From Promethearchaeota archaeon (GTDB taxonomy: Archaea; Asgardarchaeota; Lokiarchaeia; Sigyniarchaeales; SOKP01), in assembly GCA_030606485.1 (NCBI GenBank), contig JAUWGH010000001.1, positions 150,001 to 182,000 of the forward strand: a stretch of DNA of 32,000 nt, written 5' to 3'. Position numbers and translations under genes: made by a program. Below the pieces are notes generated by a model, which saw only the letters and a program-made list of their open reading frames with translations, was not told the DNA's origin and made no database searches. Below, in pieces: positions 9,075 through 17,750 of the stretch. The stretch's first letter is position 1; the number at the start of each line of letters is the position of its first letter.

Positions 9075-10376
9075 ATGCTTGATATCGAGAAATTTCGAAA
9101 AAATATTGATTTGATATATGAATCCGAGAAAAAACGCTTTAAAGATTCAAATATAGTTGATAAAGTTATCGAGTATGATACAAATTGGCGAAAAAAATTA
9201 CAAGAATTAAATGAATTAAGACGTCAAAGAAATATCCTCTCTCAGGACACATCTGCAATGAAACTAGCCCATACACCCCCAGAAAAGATCGAAACAACTA
9301 TTCAGCAATCAAAAGAAATTGGAAATTTAATTCCAAGTATTGAAAATGAAGTAAATAAATTATTAGAAAAACGGGATGAGTATCGTTATAAGGTTGGAAA
9401 TTTAATTCATGAAAGTGTTCCTGTAGGTGAGAATGAAGATTCAAATGAATTGATCAGAGCTGTTGGTGATTTACCAAAGTTCTCATTTGATCCGCTTTCT
9501 CATGTTAATTTAATTGAACTTATTGATGGTGCAGATATTAAAAGGGCATCTAAAATTTCTGGTTCCAGATTTTATTTCCTAAAAAATGATATAGTTTTAA
9601 TGAATCTTGCATTAATGCAATTTGCTTTAGATTTCTTAATTTCAAAAGGTTTTATTGCATTATGGACCCCATTTTTCATCAAATATAATTCAATTAAAGC
9701 AGCATCAGAACTTGCTGATTTTGAAGAACAATTATATAAGATTCAGGATCAAGACTTATATATGATTGCAACAGCTGAACAAACGCTTGCTGCATATCAT
9801 CAAAATGAAGTAATAGATAATGATCAATTACCGCTAAAATATGCCGGAATCTCAACTTGTTTTAGAAGGGAAGCTGGGGCTCATGGTAAGGATACATTAG
9901 GAATTTTTCGCGTTCATCAATTTGAAAAAATTGAACAATTTATATTTTGCAAACCTGAAGATTCTTGGAATTATCATGAGGAATTAAATAAAAATACTGA
10001 AGATCTTTACAAACAACTAGAAATTCCATATAGAATTGTAAATATTGCTTCTGGAGAAATGAATGATAATGCTGCAAAAAAATACGACCTTGAAGGATGG
10101 TTTCCCGCTTCAAATGCATATAGAGAACTAGGTTCATGTAGCAATTGTTTGGATTATCAGGCAAGAAAATTAAATATTCGATTTGGGAAGCTAGGTGATC
10201 CTGAAGGATATCATATAATCCATACATTAAATTCTACTGCAATAGCAACAGAAAGAACTATATGTTGTATATTGGAAAATTATCAAAATAAGGATAATTC
10301 TATAAATATCCCAAAAGTCTTACAAAAATATATGAATAATAAAAAAATTATATATCCAGTTAAGGGTGAAAAGTAA
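9075..10376 (+). CDS. serS: Seryl-tRNA synthetase
   Basis: MLDIEKFR N-terminal coiled coil, IATAEQ (TxE), motif 2 FRREAGAHGKDTLGIFRVHQFEKIEQF, ELGSCSNCLDYQAR, TLNSTAIATER. Confidence 0.97.
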   Translation: MLDIEKFRKNIDLIYESEKKRFKDSNIVDKVIEYDTNWRKKLQELNELRRQRNILSQDTSAMKLAHTPPEKIETTIQQSKEIGNLIPSIENEVNKLLEKRDEYRYKVGNLIHESVPVGENEDSNELIRAVGDLPKFSFDPLSHVNLIELIDGADIKRASKISGSRFYFLKNDIVLMNLALMQFALDFLISKGFIALWTPFFIKYNSIKAASELADFEEQLYKIQDQDLYMIATAEQTLAAYHQNEVIDNDQLPLKYAGISTCFRREAGAHGKDTLGIFRVHQFEKIEQFIFCKPEDSWNYHEELNKNTEDLYKQLEIPYRIVNIASGEMNDNAAKKYDLEGWFPASNAYRELGSCSNCLDYQARKLNIRFGKLGDPEGYHIIHTLNSTAIATERTICCILENYQNKDNSINIPKVLQKYMNNKKIIYPVKGEK

Positions 10377-10426
10377 GCATATCCGAAATTATTATTGAAG
10401 ATTTTGAAGAATGGTATGATACCAAG

Positions 10427-11611
10427 TTGGAAGATATTTTTTCTAAAGTCAAACGAAAAGCACAGAAATTAACTGAGAGCATTGATCAAAGTTTAATACA
10501 CTTAAAAAAATCAATAGATAGAATGGAAAAGTCCGAAGCCAAGGAGAATCTAGACCAAAAGGCAAATAAATCATTAACATATTTTACAGAGAGAGTTAAA
10601 AAAGATATAAATATTATTGAAATTCCGGAAGATATGACCTATGAAAAACTCTCTACATTATTGAAAGAAATCAAAAAATTATTTGAATTAATAACTGATA
10701 TTAGTAGAAAGACCATTCCAAAATTTCAAAGGGATTTTCAAGCAGAAATAAAAGATCTACATTATTATACAAGAAAATTAGGCCAAAAAGGTGGAATACT
10801 AGATAAATTCTTGAGAGAAAAATATAAAAAAATTAGAGAAGCTGAAAATTTGATCAACAAGTTACCAAAATTATTTGCATTAAAAAATAATATTGAAAAT
10901 GCTAAAAACTCAATAAATGAAATAGGCAATGAAAAGGAAGATGTAGCGATACAATTGGAATCTTTAAAAAATGAATTATTAAAGTTTGAGGATCATGCAC
11001 TTTTTAAAAAACAATCAGATTTGAACAATGATTTATTTCATTTAAAAATGGATATAAATGATAACTTGAAATTTAAAAAAGCCTTAAAAAAACTACGAGT
11101 TGAGGTAGAAAGGGGAACTATTAAACTAAGAAATATTTCCATCGATGACATCAAAGATTTTTTTAAAGATCCTATTGTCAATTTATGTAAAGATAGTAAA
11201 GATCTAAGAAAACTGTCTATTTTATTAGTGCAATTAAGAAAGACCTTAGAATCAAATGAATTAAAATTAAAAACAACCAAAAAGGAATCTACTATAGAAC
11301 ACATTAATCAAATTCTTTCAGGAAATGAATTAAAAGAAAACATTGAAAAATATAAACATTTACAAGAAGAAATTAGTAATTTAGAAAAAGAAATCAATGA
11401 AACTGGACTTTCAAAAAAAATTTTCCAATTAAAAGAGAAAATTGCATCAGCAAGTTTGAAAAAAGATCATTTAGAAAACGATTTTAAAAAGAAAAATGAT
11501 GATTATCTTTCATATCTCAAAAAATTAAAAGAAGAACGTGAAAAATTTAGTAAAATGGTAGAGGGTATTACCGATGAGAGAATTAAAATTGCAATAACTT
11601 TTTCTTTTTAA
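10427..11611 (+). CDS. Hypothetical coiled-coil protein (true start possibly ATA at 10379)
   Basis: 394-aa ORF rich in K/E/L with heptad character, no Walker motifs. The frame is open upstream to 10370. Confidence 0.8.
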   Translation: MEDIFSKVKRKAQKLTESIDQSLIHLKKSIDRMEKSEAKENLDQKANKSLTYFTERVKKDINIIEIPEDMTYEKLSTLLKEIKKLFELITDISRKTIPKFQRDFQAEIKDLHYYTRKLGQKGGILDKFLREKYKKIREAENLINKLPKLFALKNNIENAKNSINEIGNEKEDVAIQLESLKNELLKFEDHALFKKQSDLNNDLFHLKMDINDNLKFKKALKKLRVEVERGTIKLRNISIDDIKDFFKDPIVNLCKDSKDLRKLSILLVQLRKTLESNELKLKTTKKESTIEHINQILSGNELKENIEKYKHLQEEISNLEKEINETGLSKKIFQLKEKIASASLKKDHLENDFKKKNDDYLSYLKKLKEEREKFSKMVEGITDERIKIAITFSF

Positions 11612-11629
11612 AAAATAATTTAAATAATT

Positions 11630-12322
11630 TTATTTATTGGACCTTATACTTTCTTGTAAATTCAGTTTTAAAAATTTATAAGTTTCTGTATCCGTAAGAT
11701 CAAAAATCTTTAAATATTGATATCCCAAAATTACGTGTTCCTTTAGATCCGCATCAAAACCAGCTCGAAATGAGTCGTATAAGACGATCTGTTTTAACTT
11801 TTTTTTTCTTGCTAATTCTATTTGGGCAATTAAAGATGAATTCTTAGAATTTGAAAAACAAGTTTTAATAATATTTGGAGGTGATCTACCAATTAAAGAA
11901 ATACCTAATGAATTTACCGATGGACATATCACTAACTGGTTTTTTTTTAATAGCTCACTTATCTCCAAGAAGTTTTTTTGTGAAATGAGAATTAAATCTG
12001 CAAAAGCAATTAATGTACTGATTGGATTATACTTTTTTATGATAATATCACTAATTTCAGTAATAACATTATTAAAATCTGGAGATTTTTCACTCCTTTC
12101 TTCTTTAATTGGAATAAAACCATAATCTCGTGAAATTTCTAAAATTTCTTGCGTATTACAATATACAATCTTTTTAGAGAAACAATCTATTTGCAAAGTT
12201 TTTTGGCAAATATCTTTAAACATTGCTAATGTGAATTCTTTTATCTTTTCTTTAGAAAAAATATCACGTAATCTTATCTTGGCTTGATCTAATTGAGATA
12301 CGGGTACAATAAGAATACTCAT
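11630..12322 (-). CDS. cofC: CofC-like 2-phospho-L-lactate/PEP guanylyltransferase (F420 biosynthesis), divergent
   Basis: MSILIVPVSQLDQAKIRL, LAMFKD, AFADLILI, VICPS, YDS...FDAD follow the CofC pattern. Start placed at the second Met. Confidence 0.7.
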   Translation of the reverse strand: MSILIVPVSQLDQAKIRLRDIFSKEKIKEFTLAMFKDICQKTLQIDCFSKKIVYCNTQEILEISRDYGFIPIKEERSEKSPDFNNVITEISDIIIKKYNPISTLIAFADLILISQKNFLEISELLKKNQLVICPSVNSLGISLIGRSPPNIIKTCFSNSKNSSLIAQIELARKKKLKQIVLYDSFRAGFDADLKEHVILGYQYLKIFDLTDTETYKFLKLNLQESIRSNK

Positions 12323-12373
12323 ATTTAATAAAAATAAAAAAGGAATATTTAAAAACAATAATAATTCTTAAAA

Positions 12374-12898
12374 CTAAACTCTTGTCATAATTTTTTTAGA
12401 AATATCACTAAAGATTAAATCAACATTAATATTCTTTTTAGCTGAAGTTTCAATATAATTTACTTTAAATTCTTCTGCTTTCTTAAGTCCGTCTTCTTTT
12501 AAAATCTTCCTTTGCCCCTCTAAGTCCATTTTATTTCCTACGATTAATAATGGAATATCTCCTGAGAGATCTCTTATTTTCTTAATCCAAAAATCTATAT
12601 CCTTAAAACTCTGTTTGTTAGTTAAATCAAATACAATGATAGCACTACTTGCACCTTGAAAATAATATTCCGTTACAAATAATTTATCAATTTGACCACA
12701 TATATCCCATAAAAAAAGCGTTAAATTAACATTTGAATCTGTAAATACCTTTTGATCTATTTCTTTTATAAAGAAATTTGCCCCAATAGTTTGGATATAT
12801 TCGTCTAAAAATGTATTATCACAATATCTTACAATTAGGGATGTCTTTCCAACCCTATATGAACCGGTCATTATTACCTTTGCTTTATAATTTGTCAA
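12374..12898 (-). CDS. Rab-like small GTPase
   Basis: G1 GSYRVGKTS, G2 YIQTIGANF, G3 WDICGQ, G4 GNKMD, G5 ETSAK. No C-terminal Cys prenylation motif. Confidence 0.92.
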   Translation of the reverse strand: MTNYKAKVIMTGSYRVGKTSLIVRYCDNTFLDEYIQTIGANFFIKEIDQKVFTDSNVNLTLFLWDICGQIDKLFVTEYYFQGASSAIIVFDLTNKQSFKDIDFWIKKIRDLSGDIPLLIVGNKMDLEGQRKILKEDGLKKAEEFKVNYIETSAKKNINVDLIFSDISKKIMTRV

Positions 12899-12925
12899 AT
12901 TATATTAACTCTTATTTTAAATTTT

Positions 12926-13774
12926 TTAATTTTTTCTTGATTTTTTTATTATTGTTCCTTCTTTACATTCTGCACTAATAAAATGGTTAAATAAATGGAC
13001 ATATCCAATGATTTGTCCTTTATCCCCACCTTCTAACCATAATCCCGAATTATATTCCGGTAATTCTTTTGGTTTATCTAGGGTTGTTAATAAAAATTCA
13101 TTATCAGCAATTAAAAGGCCAAAAGGAACAATATTTGATTTAACGGATTTATATATTTTAATACCTATTCGTAATAATTTTTTAAGATCATCATATAACT
13201 TGGAAGTTACATTTAATGCAATTATTATTTCAATCTTTTCGTCTTTAAATTTTTTAAAATAAATCCTATCAAGCAACCACTTATATCCCTCATCACCCAT
13301 TATTAGATCTGGTGTAATTATGAAATAGATTCTTTCTCGTGATTTTTCAATTAGGTCTATAATTCTATTTCGAATATTTTCCTTTGAATATATACTCCAG
13401 ACCCTGGACTCAGTCTTTTCCACTGGTGGTTCTAAACTTTTTATTTGTTTTTCAATATCAGTAGTAATTACTATCTTGTTCCTTAATTCTTTTCGAATAA
13501 TTGCAAAAACACTGGAAGGTGGTTTAGCTTTATACCCTGCACCCCTTTTAATGGGTTCCCTTTGTACAAAATTCTTATCAACCAATCTATTTAAAGAGTC
13601 ATACACCCTTGCTCTATCAACTGAAGAATACCTAGAGATTTCTGCAGGACTTAAATAACCATATTGAACTAAAGTCAAATAGACTTTAGCATCATTTTTT
13701 GTGAAGTGATTTAATTTCTCTAATTTTTTTACGATGTTATCAAAATTCGAACTTATTATTTCGGGCTTTTCAAT
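12926..13774 (-). CDS. TrmB-family transcriptional regulator (start probably non-AUG, upstream of the TTG at 13678)
   Basis: wHTH: FTKNDAKVYLTLVQYGYLSPAEISRYSSVDRARVYDSLNRLVDKNFV, followed by a TrmB effector/PLD-like domain. The first HTH helix lies upstream of the track start. Confidence 0.85.
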   Translation of the reverse strand: MEKPEIISSNFDNIVKKLEKLNHFTKNDAKVYLTLVQYGYLSPAEISRYSSVDRARVYDSLNRLVDKNFVQREPIKRGAGYKAKPPSSVFAIIRKELRNKIVITTDIEKQIKSLEPPVEKTESRVWSIYSKENIRNRIIDLIEKSRERIYFIITPDLIMGDEGYKWLLDRIYFKKFKDEKIEIIIALNVTSKLYDDLKKLLRIGIKIYKSVKSNIVPFGLLIADNEFLLTTLDKPKELPEYNSGLWLEGGDKGQIIGYVHLFNHFISAECKEGTIIKKSRKN

Positions 13775-14224
13775 GATTAGACATCAAATCCATATTCTAT
13801 ATTTAAATATATAATCTCAGATAACATTATTAAATTTAATTTTTTACTCAAATTTTATTTCAAAATTGGTTTAATAAATTAAAAAAAAAAAATTTGAAGA
13901 AGAATTTTAATTAAAGAATTCAAATAATTTTTACATTTGTATTAATAATAATAGTTGAATAATTCGAACTTTTTTTAAATTATTAATAAAAAATTCCTAC
14001 ATTCCATAAAAAGGATTCCAAAAATTAAATCAAATTTTTTTATTTATTTTTATATTTTGTCGGTATTTAACTGTATCAATTTTTTTTACTAACAATGAAA
14101 AATATATTCAGAAATTAAAGTAAATATTAATTCGAAACAAAATATTTATATATTAGAAAGATGTAGGTTATATTAAACACAAAAAAAATTTTTAATATAA
14201 AAAATATTAGTGGAGGAAAAAATT

Positions 14225-14458
14225 ATGGCTAAAAAGAAACCAGCCGCTAAAAAAAGAGAATCTTATATCGCAAAAGCTCCTATTAGGCGCTTAATGAAAG
14301 CGGAAGGCGCTCGTTTAGTGGCTGCAGAAGCTCTTGATAAATTAATTGGCTATTTAGAAGACGCAGGTGCAAAAATAACAAAAGATGCAATCGCTCTTAC
14401 GAAAGTAGCGAAAAGAAAGAGAGTTACAGCTGTTGATATCCGAAACGCTGCAAGATAA
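14225..14458 (+). CDS. Archaeal histone with a Lys-rich N-terminal extension (77 aa)
   Basis: MAKKKPAAKKRESY-IAKAPIRRLMKAEGARLVAAEA...AKRKRVTAVDI. Histone fold including the L2 R...D pair. Confidence 0.92.
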   Translation: MAKKKPAAKKRESYIAKAPIRRLMKAEGARLVAAEALDKLIGYLEDAGAKITKDAIALTKVAKRKRVTAVDIRNAAR

Positions 14459-14504
14459 ACAAATTTAAAAAACAATTTTTAAAAAATTCTATTTTTTTTT
14501 CTTA

Positions 14505-15023
14505 TTAAAAATTCTTAAAGTAATCTTTATTAATATAATCGTTAATTTTTTCTTTATAGCGTTTTAAGACAGATTCTAATCCTTCAATTACAATACGAGA
14601 ATTTGAAACAATATCAATAAATCCTAATTCATTATTATATCTTGGAATTATGTGAAAGTGAAAATGTTCTATACTTGCGCCAGAATTTGGGCCTTCATTT
14701 ATTCCAATGTTAAAACTATTAGCATTGAATACATCGCTAATTAATTTTTGAAGGCCTTGAATTAATCTTGAAATATGAATTATTTCTTGTTTAGTTAATT
14801 CTTGAAAAGATTTAATATGTCTGTTAGGTACTACTAATAAATGGCCGGGATTATAAGGAAAGGCGTTAAGAGAAACCAACGCGACATTGTCTTGATATAT
14901 TTTAAAAATCTTTACCCTTTCATCGCCATCTCTGATGGAACATAATATACACTCAACATCAGGGCGATCCTTGTTTCTAACATAATCTTCTTTTCCAATT
15001 GCTTGAAGCCAGCGATCGAACAT
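14505..15023 (-). CDS. HIT-family hydrolase (Ap4A phosphorylase/hydrolase-like)
   Basis: CILC, LNAFPYNPGHLLVVP, FNIGINEGPNSGASIEHFHFHIIPRY. Confidence 0.93.
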   Translation of the reverse strand: MFDRWLQAIGKEDYVRNKDRPDVECILCSIRDGDERVKIFKIYQDNVALVSLNAFPYNPGHLLVVPNRHIKSFQELTKQEIIHISRLIQGLQKLISDVFNANSFNIGINEGPNSGASIEHFHFHIIPRYNNELGFIDIVSNSRIVIEGLESVLKRYKEKINDYINKDYFKNF

Positions 15024-15044
15024 TTTATAGAAAACCTAATAATA

Positions 15045-15614
15045 TTATGAATATAATGAAAAACTTGGGTCAGATGAGTCTCCTTTTCCTTTTTCAAAAA
15101 TTGATTTATCAATCTTTCCTGAACAGACTTCCCCTAGTAAAATATTTGCATAAAGTGCAATATTAAATACATTTTTAATGCTTTTAAATAAATCATTCTT
15201 TGAAATTATATTGCTTTTTTCTATGAAGATCTGGTCGGAAATAAGATATCTATAATTTCGAATATCTATATTATACATTAAATTTCTTAATAATAATGCT
15301 TTTTTCAAAAGTATAAAAAAAGAAAACTTTTTCTCTTCTGGCAAGGAATTTAAAGCTTTTACATGTGGTTCGGAAATTTGAGTTGCAATTTGGATGATTA
15401 TATAATCTTTTTCTTTCGGTTTAATTATTACCATTAATTTAGTATTAGGATTCTTTCCTCTTGGATCTGGTGGATATGCAATTTCAAAACCAAAATCAAT
15501 TTTAGGTCTTGAGGGTAATTTTTTTCTCAATATTCCCTCTTCCAATAAATAGTCGAGAATTTGTGCCTTAACAGTTTTAGCTTGTTCTGATTCTTCTTTT
15601 TTATTATCAGACAT
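15045..15614 (-). CDS. Conserved archaeal hypothetical protein (DUF2299-like)
   Basis: ILDYLLEEG...FGFEIAYPP N-terminus resembles DUF2299 proteins as I recall them. Start at MSDNKK. Confidence 0.6.
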   Translation of the reverse strand: MSDNKKEESEQAKTVKAQILDYLLEEGILRKKLPSRPKIDFGFEIAYPPDPRGKNPNTKLMVIIKPKEKDYIIIQIATQISEPHVKALNSLPEEKKFSFFILLKKALLLRNLMYNIDIRNYRYLISDQIFIEKSNIISKNDLFKSIKNVFNIALYANILLGEVCSGKIDKSIFEKGKGDSSDPSFSLYS

Positions 15615-15715
15615 CAATTTCACGAGATTTTTAATTGATTTTTATTTTATTTAAACTAAATAATAAAAGTTTAGGAAAAAAAAAGATTATTGAAAAAATT
15701 TATTTGTGTCAATAT

Positions 15716-16069
15716 TCAATATTTTCCTTTGGGTCTTTTCTGGGCATCAACTTCAGAATCTTTAAGCACTTGAATATTTTCTTCCATTTCCGCAAGAGGA
15801 GTACAAAAAATAATTGAATAATCTGTTGTTGAAATATATATGTAACCTACAATTCCCAAACCATAAACATTGTTATCCTTTCCAATGTAAGTATGGTCTA
15901 TCATCATTTTTATCGCCTGAGATTGATCTTCTAATTCAATTAATTGCGGACGACAAGCTGTAAATCCAGGGCCCCTTTGAGCTAATAAAAAATTAGCCAA
16001 GGCATAATCTAAATCATCAGAGATTTCGCCACTTTCATTAACTATTTTTGCGACTTTTGGTTCAGTCAT
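15716..16069 (-). CDS. Hypothetical protein
   Basis: 117-aa ORF within a co-oriented cluster, no recognised motif. Confidence 0.75.
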   Translation of the reverse strand: MTEPKVAKIVNESGEISDDLDYALANFLLAQRGPGFTACRPQLIELEDQSQAIKMMIDHTYIGKDNNVYGLGIVGYIYISTTDYSIIFCTPLAEMEENIQVLKDSEVDAQKRPKGKY

Positions 16070-16105
16070 ATAACAACTAAAATTTTTTTAAATATTTTCT
16101 ATTGT

Positions 16106-16393
16106 CTAGTAATTTAATGTTCGCGTTACGTTTTCTTGATAATCTCCACTCCAGACTTCATCTACTGAGTGCACAGCACATGTTAAACTTTCTAATTTTT
16201 CGATGATTTCTTTCAGATCCAAATTTTCTCCTTGTATTGTTATTTTTACTGAGGCTGTTTTTTCATCAATCTCCTCGACTTTTATTTTAACTCCTTTTAC
16301 ACCCTCGAGATTCATTAGTTCTGTAGCTAATATGTCTATATTTGGTTGGTGGGGTTTAAGGACATCCAAAACCAGTCTTTTAATCAAGTTCAT
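16106..16393 (-). CDS. DUF211 family protein
   Basis: RLVLDVLKPHQP...EIDEKT...KITIQG...AVHSVDEV is the DUF211 pattern. Confidence 0.88.
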   Translation of the reverse strand: MNLIKRLVLDVLKPHQPNIDILATELMNLEGVKGVKIKVEEIDEKTASVKITIQGENLDLKEIIEKLESLTCAVHSVDEVWSGDYQENVTRTLNY

Positions 16394-16456
16394 TTTTGTT
16401 CTTTCTTAAGAGTTTTTTAATTATTTGTTTGCAATAAGATATTTGTATTGAAATAT

Positions 16457-17149
16457 CTATAAAAAAGTTTTTATTGCCTTTTTTAAATCTTGAGCAATTT
16501 TTTTTTGTTCTACTATAAAATTTGCACCTTTTAAATCTTTTTCTGAGTGCCTAAAAGTTAATATTCCAATAGATGGTGCACTAATATTGTTTGCACCTTT
16601 AATATCTCGTGGATTATCCCCAATAATTAATAATTCTTGATTGACCAGATTAAATTTTGTGCAAATATAGTTTAGATGATCCGAATGAGGTTTTGAGTTA
16701 ACGACATCGTCTCTACCAACAATAAAATCGAAATAATTTAATATTTTTATCTTCTTTAAAGTTTTTTTGGCGGTTTCATTAGTATTTAAAGTATATATTG
16801 CTTGTTTTAATTGTTTTTGATGGCAAAATTCTAAAACCTCCTTAATTCCATCAACAATCTTAGCGTTTTCTGCTGCCTGGCCTTCCACTTTGATGATAGA
16901 TTTTTCAACTTTTATTAATATTTTTTTTACTTTTTTCTCAGAAATTTTCATTTCTTTAAATTTTTCCTTTCCAATCTTCACATTTTCTAATATAGGCTTT
17001 TGAATACTTAAATCAGAAGGGTCTACTCCATTTTCCGTGAAAATTTCAATAGCGTTTTTTCTCGCTTGGATAAAGTCTATATTAAAATATACGAGAGTCC
17101 CGTCTAAATCCCATGCTATTGCCCTTATCTTTTTCTCTGGAACACTCAT
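16457..17149 (-). CDS. HAD-superfamily hydrolase (phosphoglycolate phosphatase-like)
   Basis: Motif I WDLDGTL, motif II TLN, motif III KPH, motif IV IGDNPRDI. Confidence 0.92.
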   Translation of the reverse strand: MSVPEKKIRAIAWDLDGTLVYFNIDFIQARKNAIEIFTENGVDPSDLSIQKPILENVKIGKEKFKEMKISEKKVKKILIKVEKSIIKVEGQAAENAKIVDGIKEVLEFCHQKQLKQAIYTLNTNETAKKTLKKIKILNYFDFIVGRDDVVNSKPHSDHLNYICTKFNLVNQELLIIGDNPRDIKGANNISAPSIGILTFRHSEKDLKGANFIVEQKKIAQDLKKAIKTFL

Positions 17150-17167
17150 AATACAATTATACTTTAA

Positions 17168-17743
17168 TTAATACGATAAAGTTTTATAAATCGGGCCTTT
17201 TGGAGTTAGATCTGACATTTTTAACACTAATTTATCTATTGTGAATTCACCTAAATCTGAATTTTTATTCTGCTTTATCAAATTTGTAAAATCATCAAAA
17301 TTTTTATAGTTAATTTTATTAGATTTTAATCTCCCAATAGTTAAATGAGGCTTAAAGATTTCTCTTTTATCTTTTTCAATATTCAGCTGATTTTTTAACA
17401 AATTTTCAAGAGCATCTTTAATTTCTTGCAAAAATTGAATATCCCCTATCAACCTAACCCAAATTGTACTATATCCTTTAAATTGCCCAATACCTTTTAG
17501 AGAATATTTTTTTACCCCATCTTTAAAAAATTCATTGTTGATATGATTAGTAATTAAATTATAAATCACTTTAGCTTGAGATTCTTCAATATTGCCAAGA
17601 AATTTCATTGTAATATGATAATTTTCTGGCTCAACTATCTTAATTTTTGTTTGAATATTTTTTAATTTATTTGAGAAATCAGTTAAATTCCTAATTGTTT
17701 GTTCATCTTTTAATTCGAATGCTATAAATGTTCTAATTTTCAT
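17168..17743 (-). CDS. thpR: RNA 2',3'-cyclic phosphodiesterase (2H family)
   Basis: MKIRTFIAFEL, two HxT motifs (YHITMKFLG, PHLTIGR), SDLTPKGPIY. Confidence 0.93.
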   Translation of the reverse strand: MKIRTFIAFELKDEQTIRNLTDFSNKLKNIQTKIKIVEPENYHITMKFLGNIEESQAKVIYNLITNHINNEFFKDGVKKYSLKGIGQFKGYSTIWVRLIGDIQFLQEIKDALENLLKNQLNIEKDKREIFKPHLTIGRLKSNKINYKNFDDFTNLIKQNKNSDLGEFTIDKLVLKMSDLTPKGPIYKTLSY

Positions 17744-17750
17744 AATTTTT

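Noticed and set aside
10427-11611. Coiled-coil ORF as SMC/Rad50 or ESCRT-III
   Set aside because: It has no Walker A/B or signature motif, and I could not recognise any Snf7/PspA features.
13800-14220. ncRNA, origin or CRISPR array in the long AT-rich intergenic region
   Set aside because: There are no regular repeats, GC-rich stems or ORB-like G-strings. TATA-like words are uninformative at this AT content.
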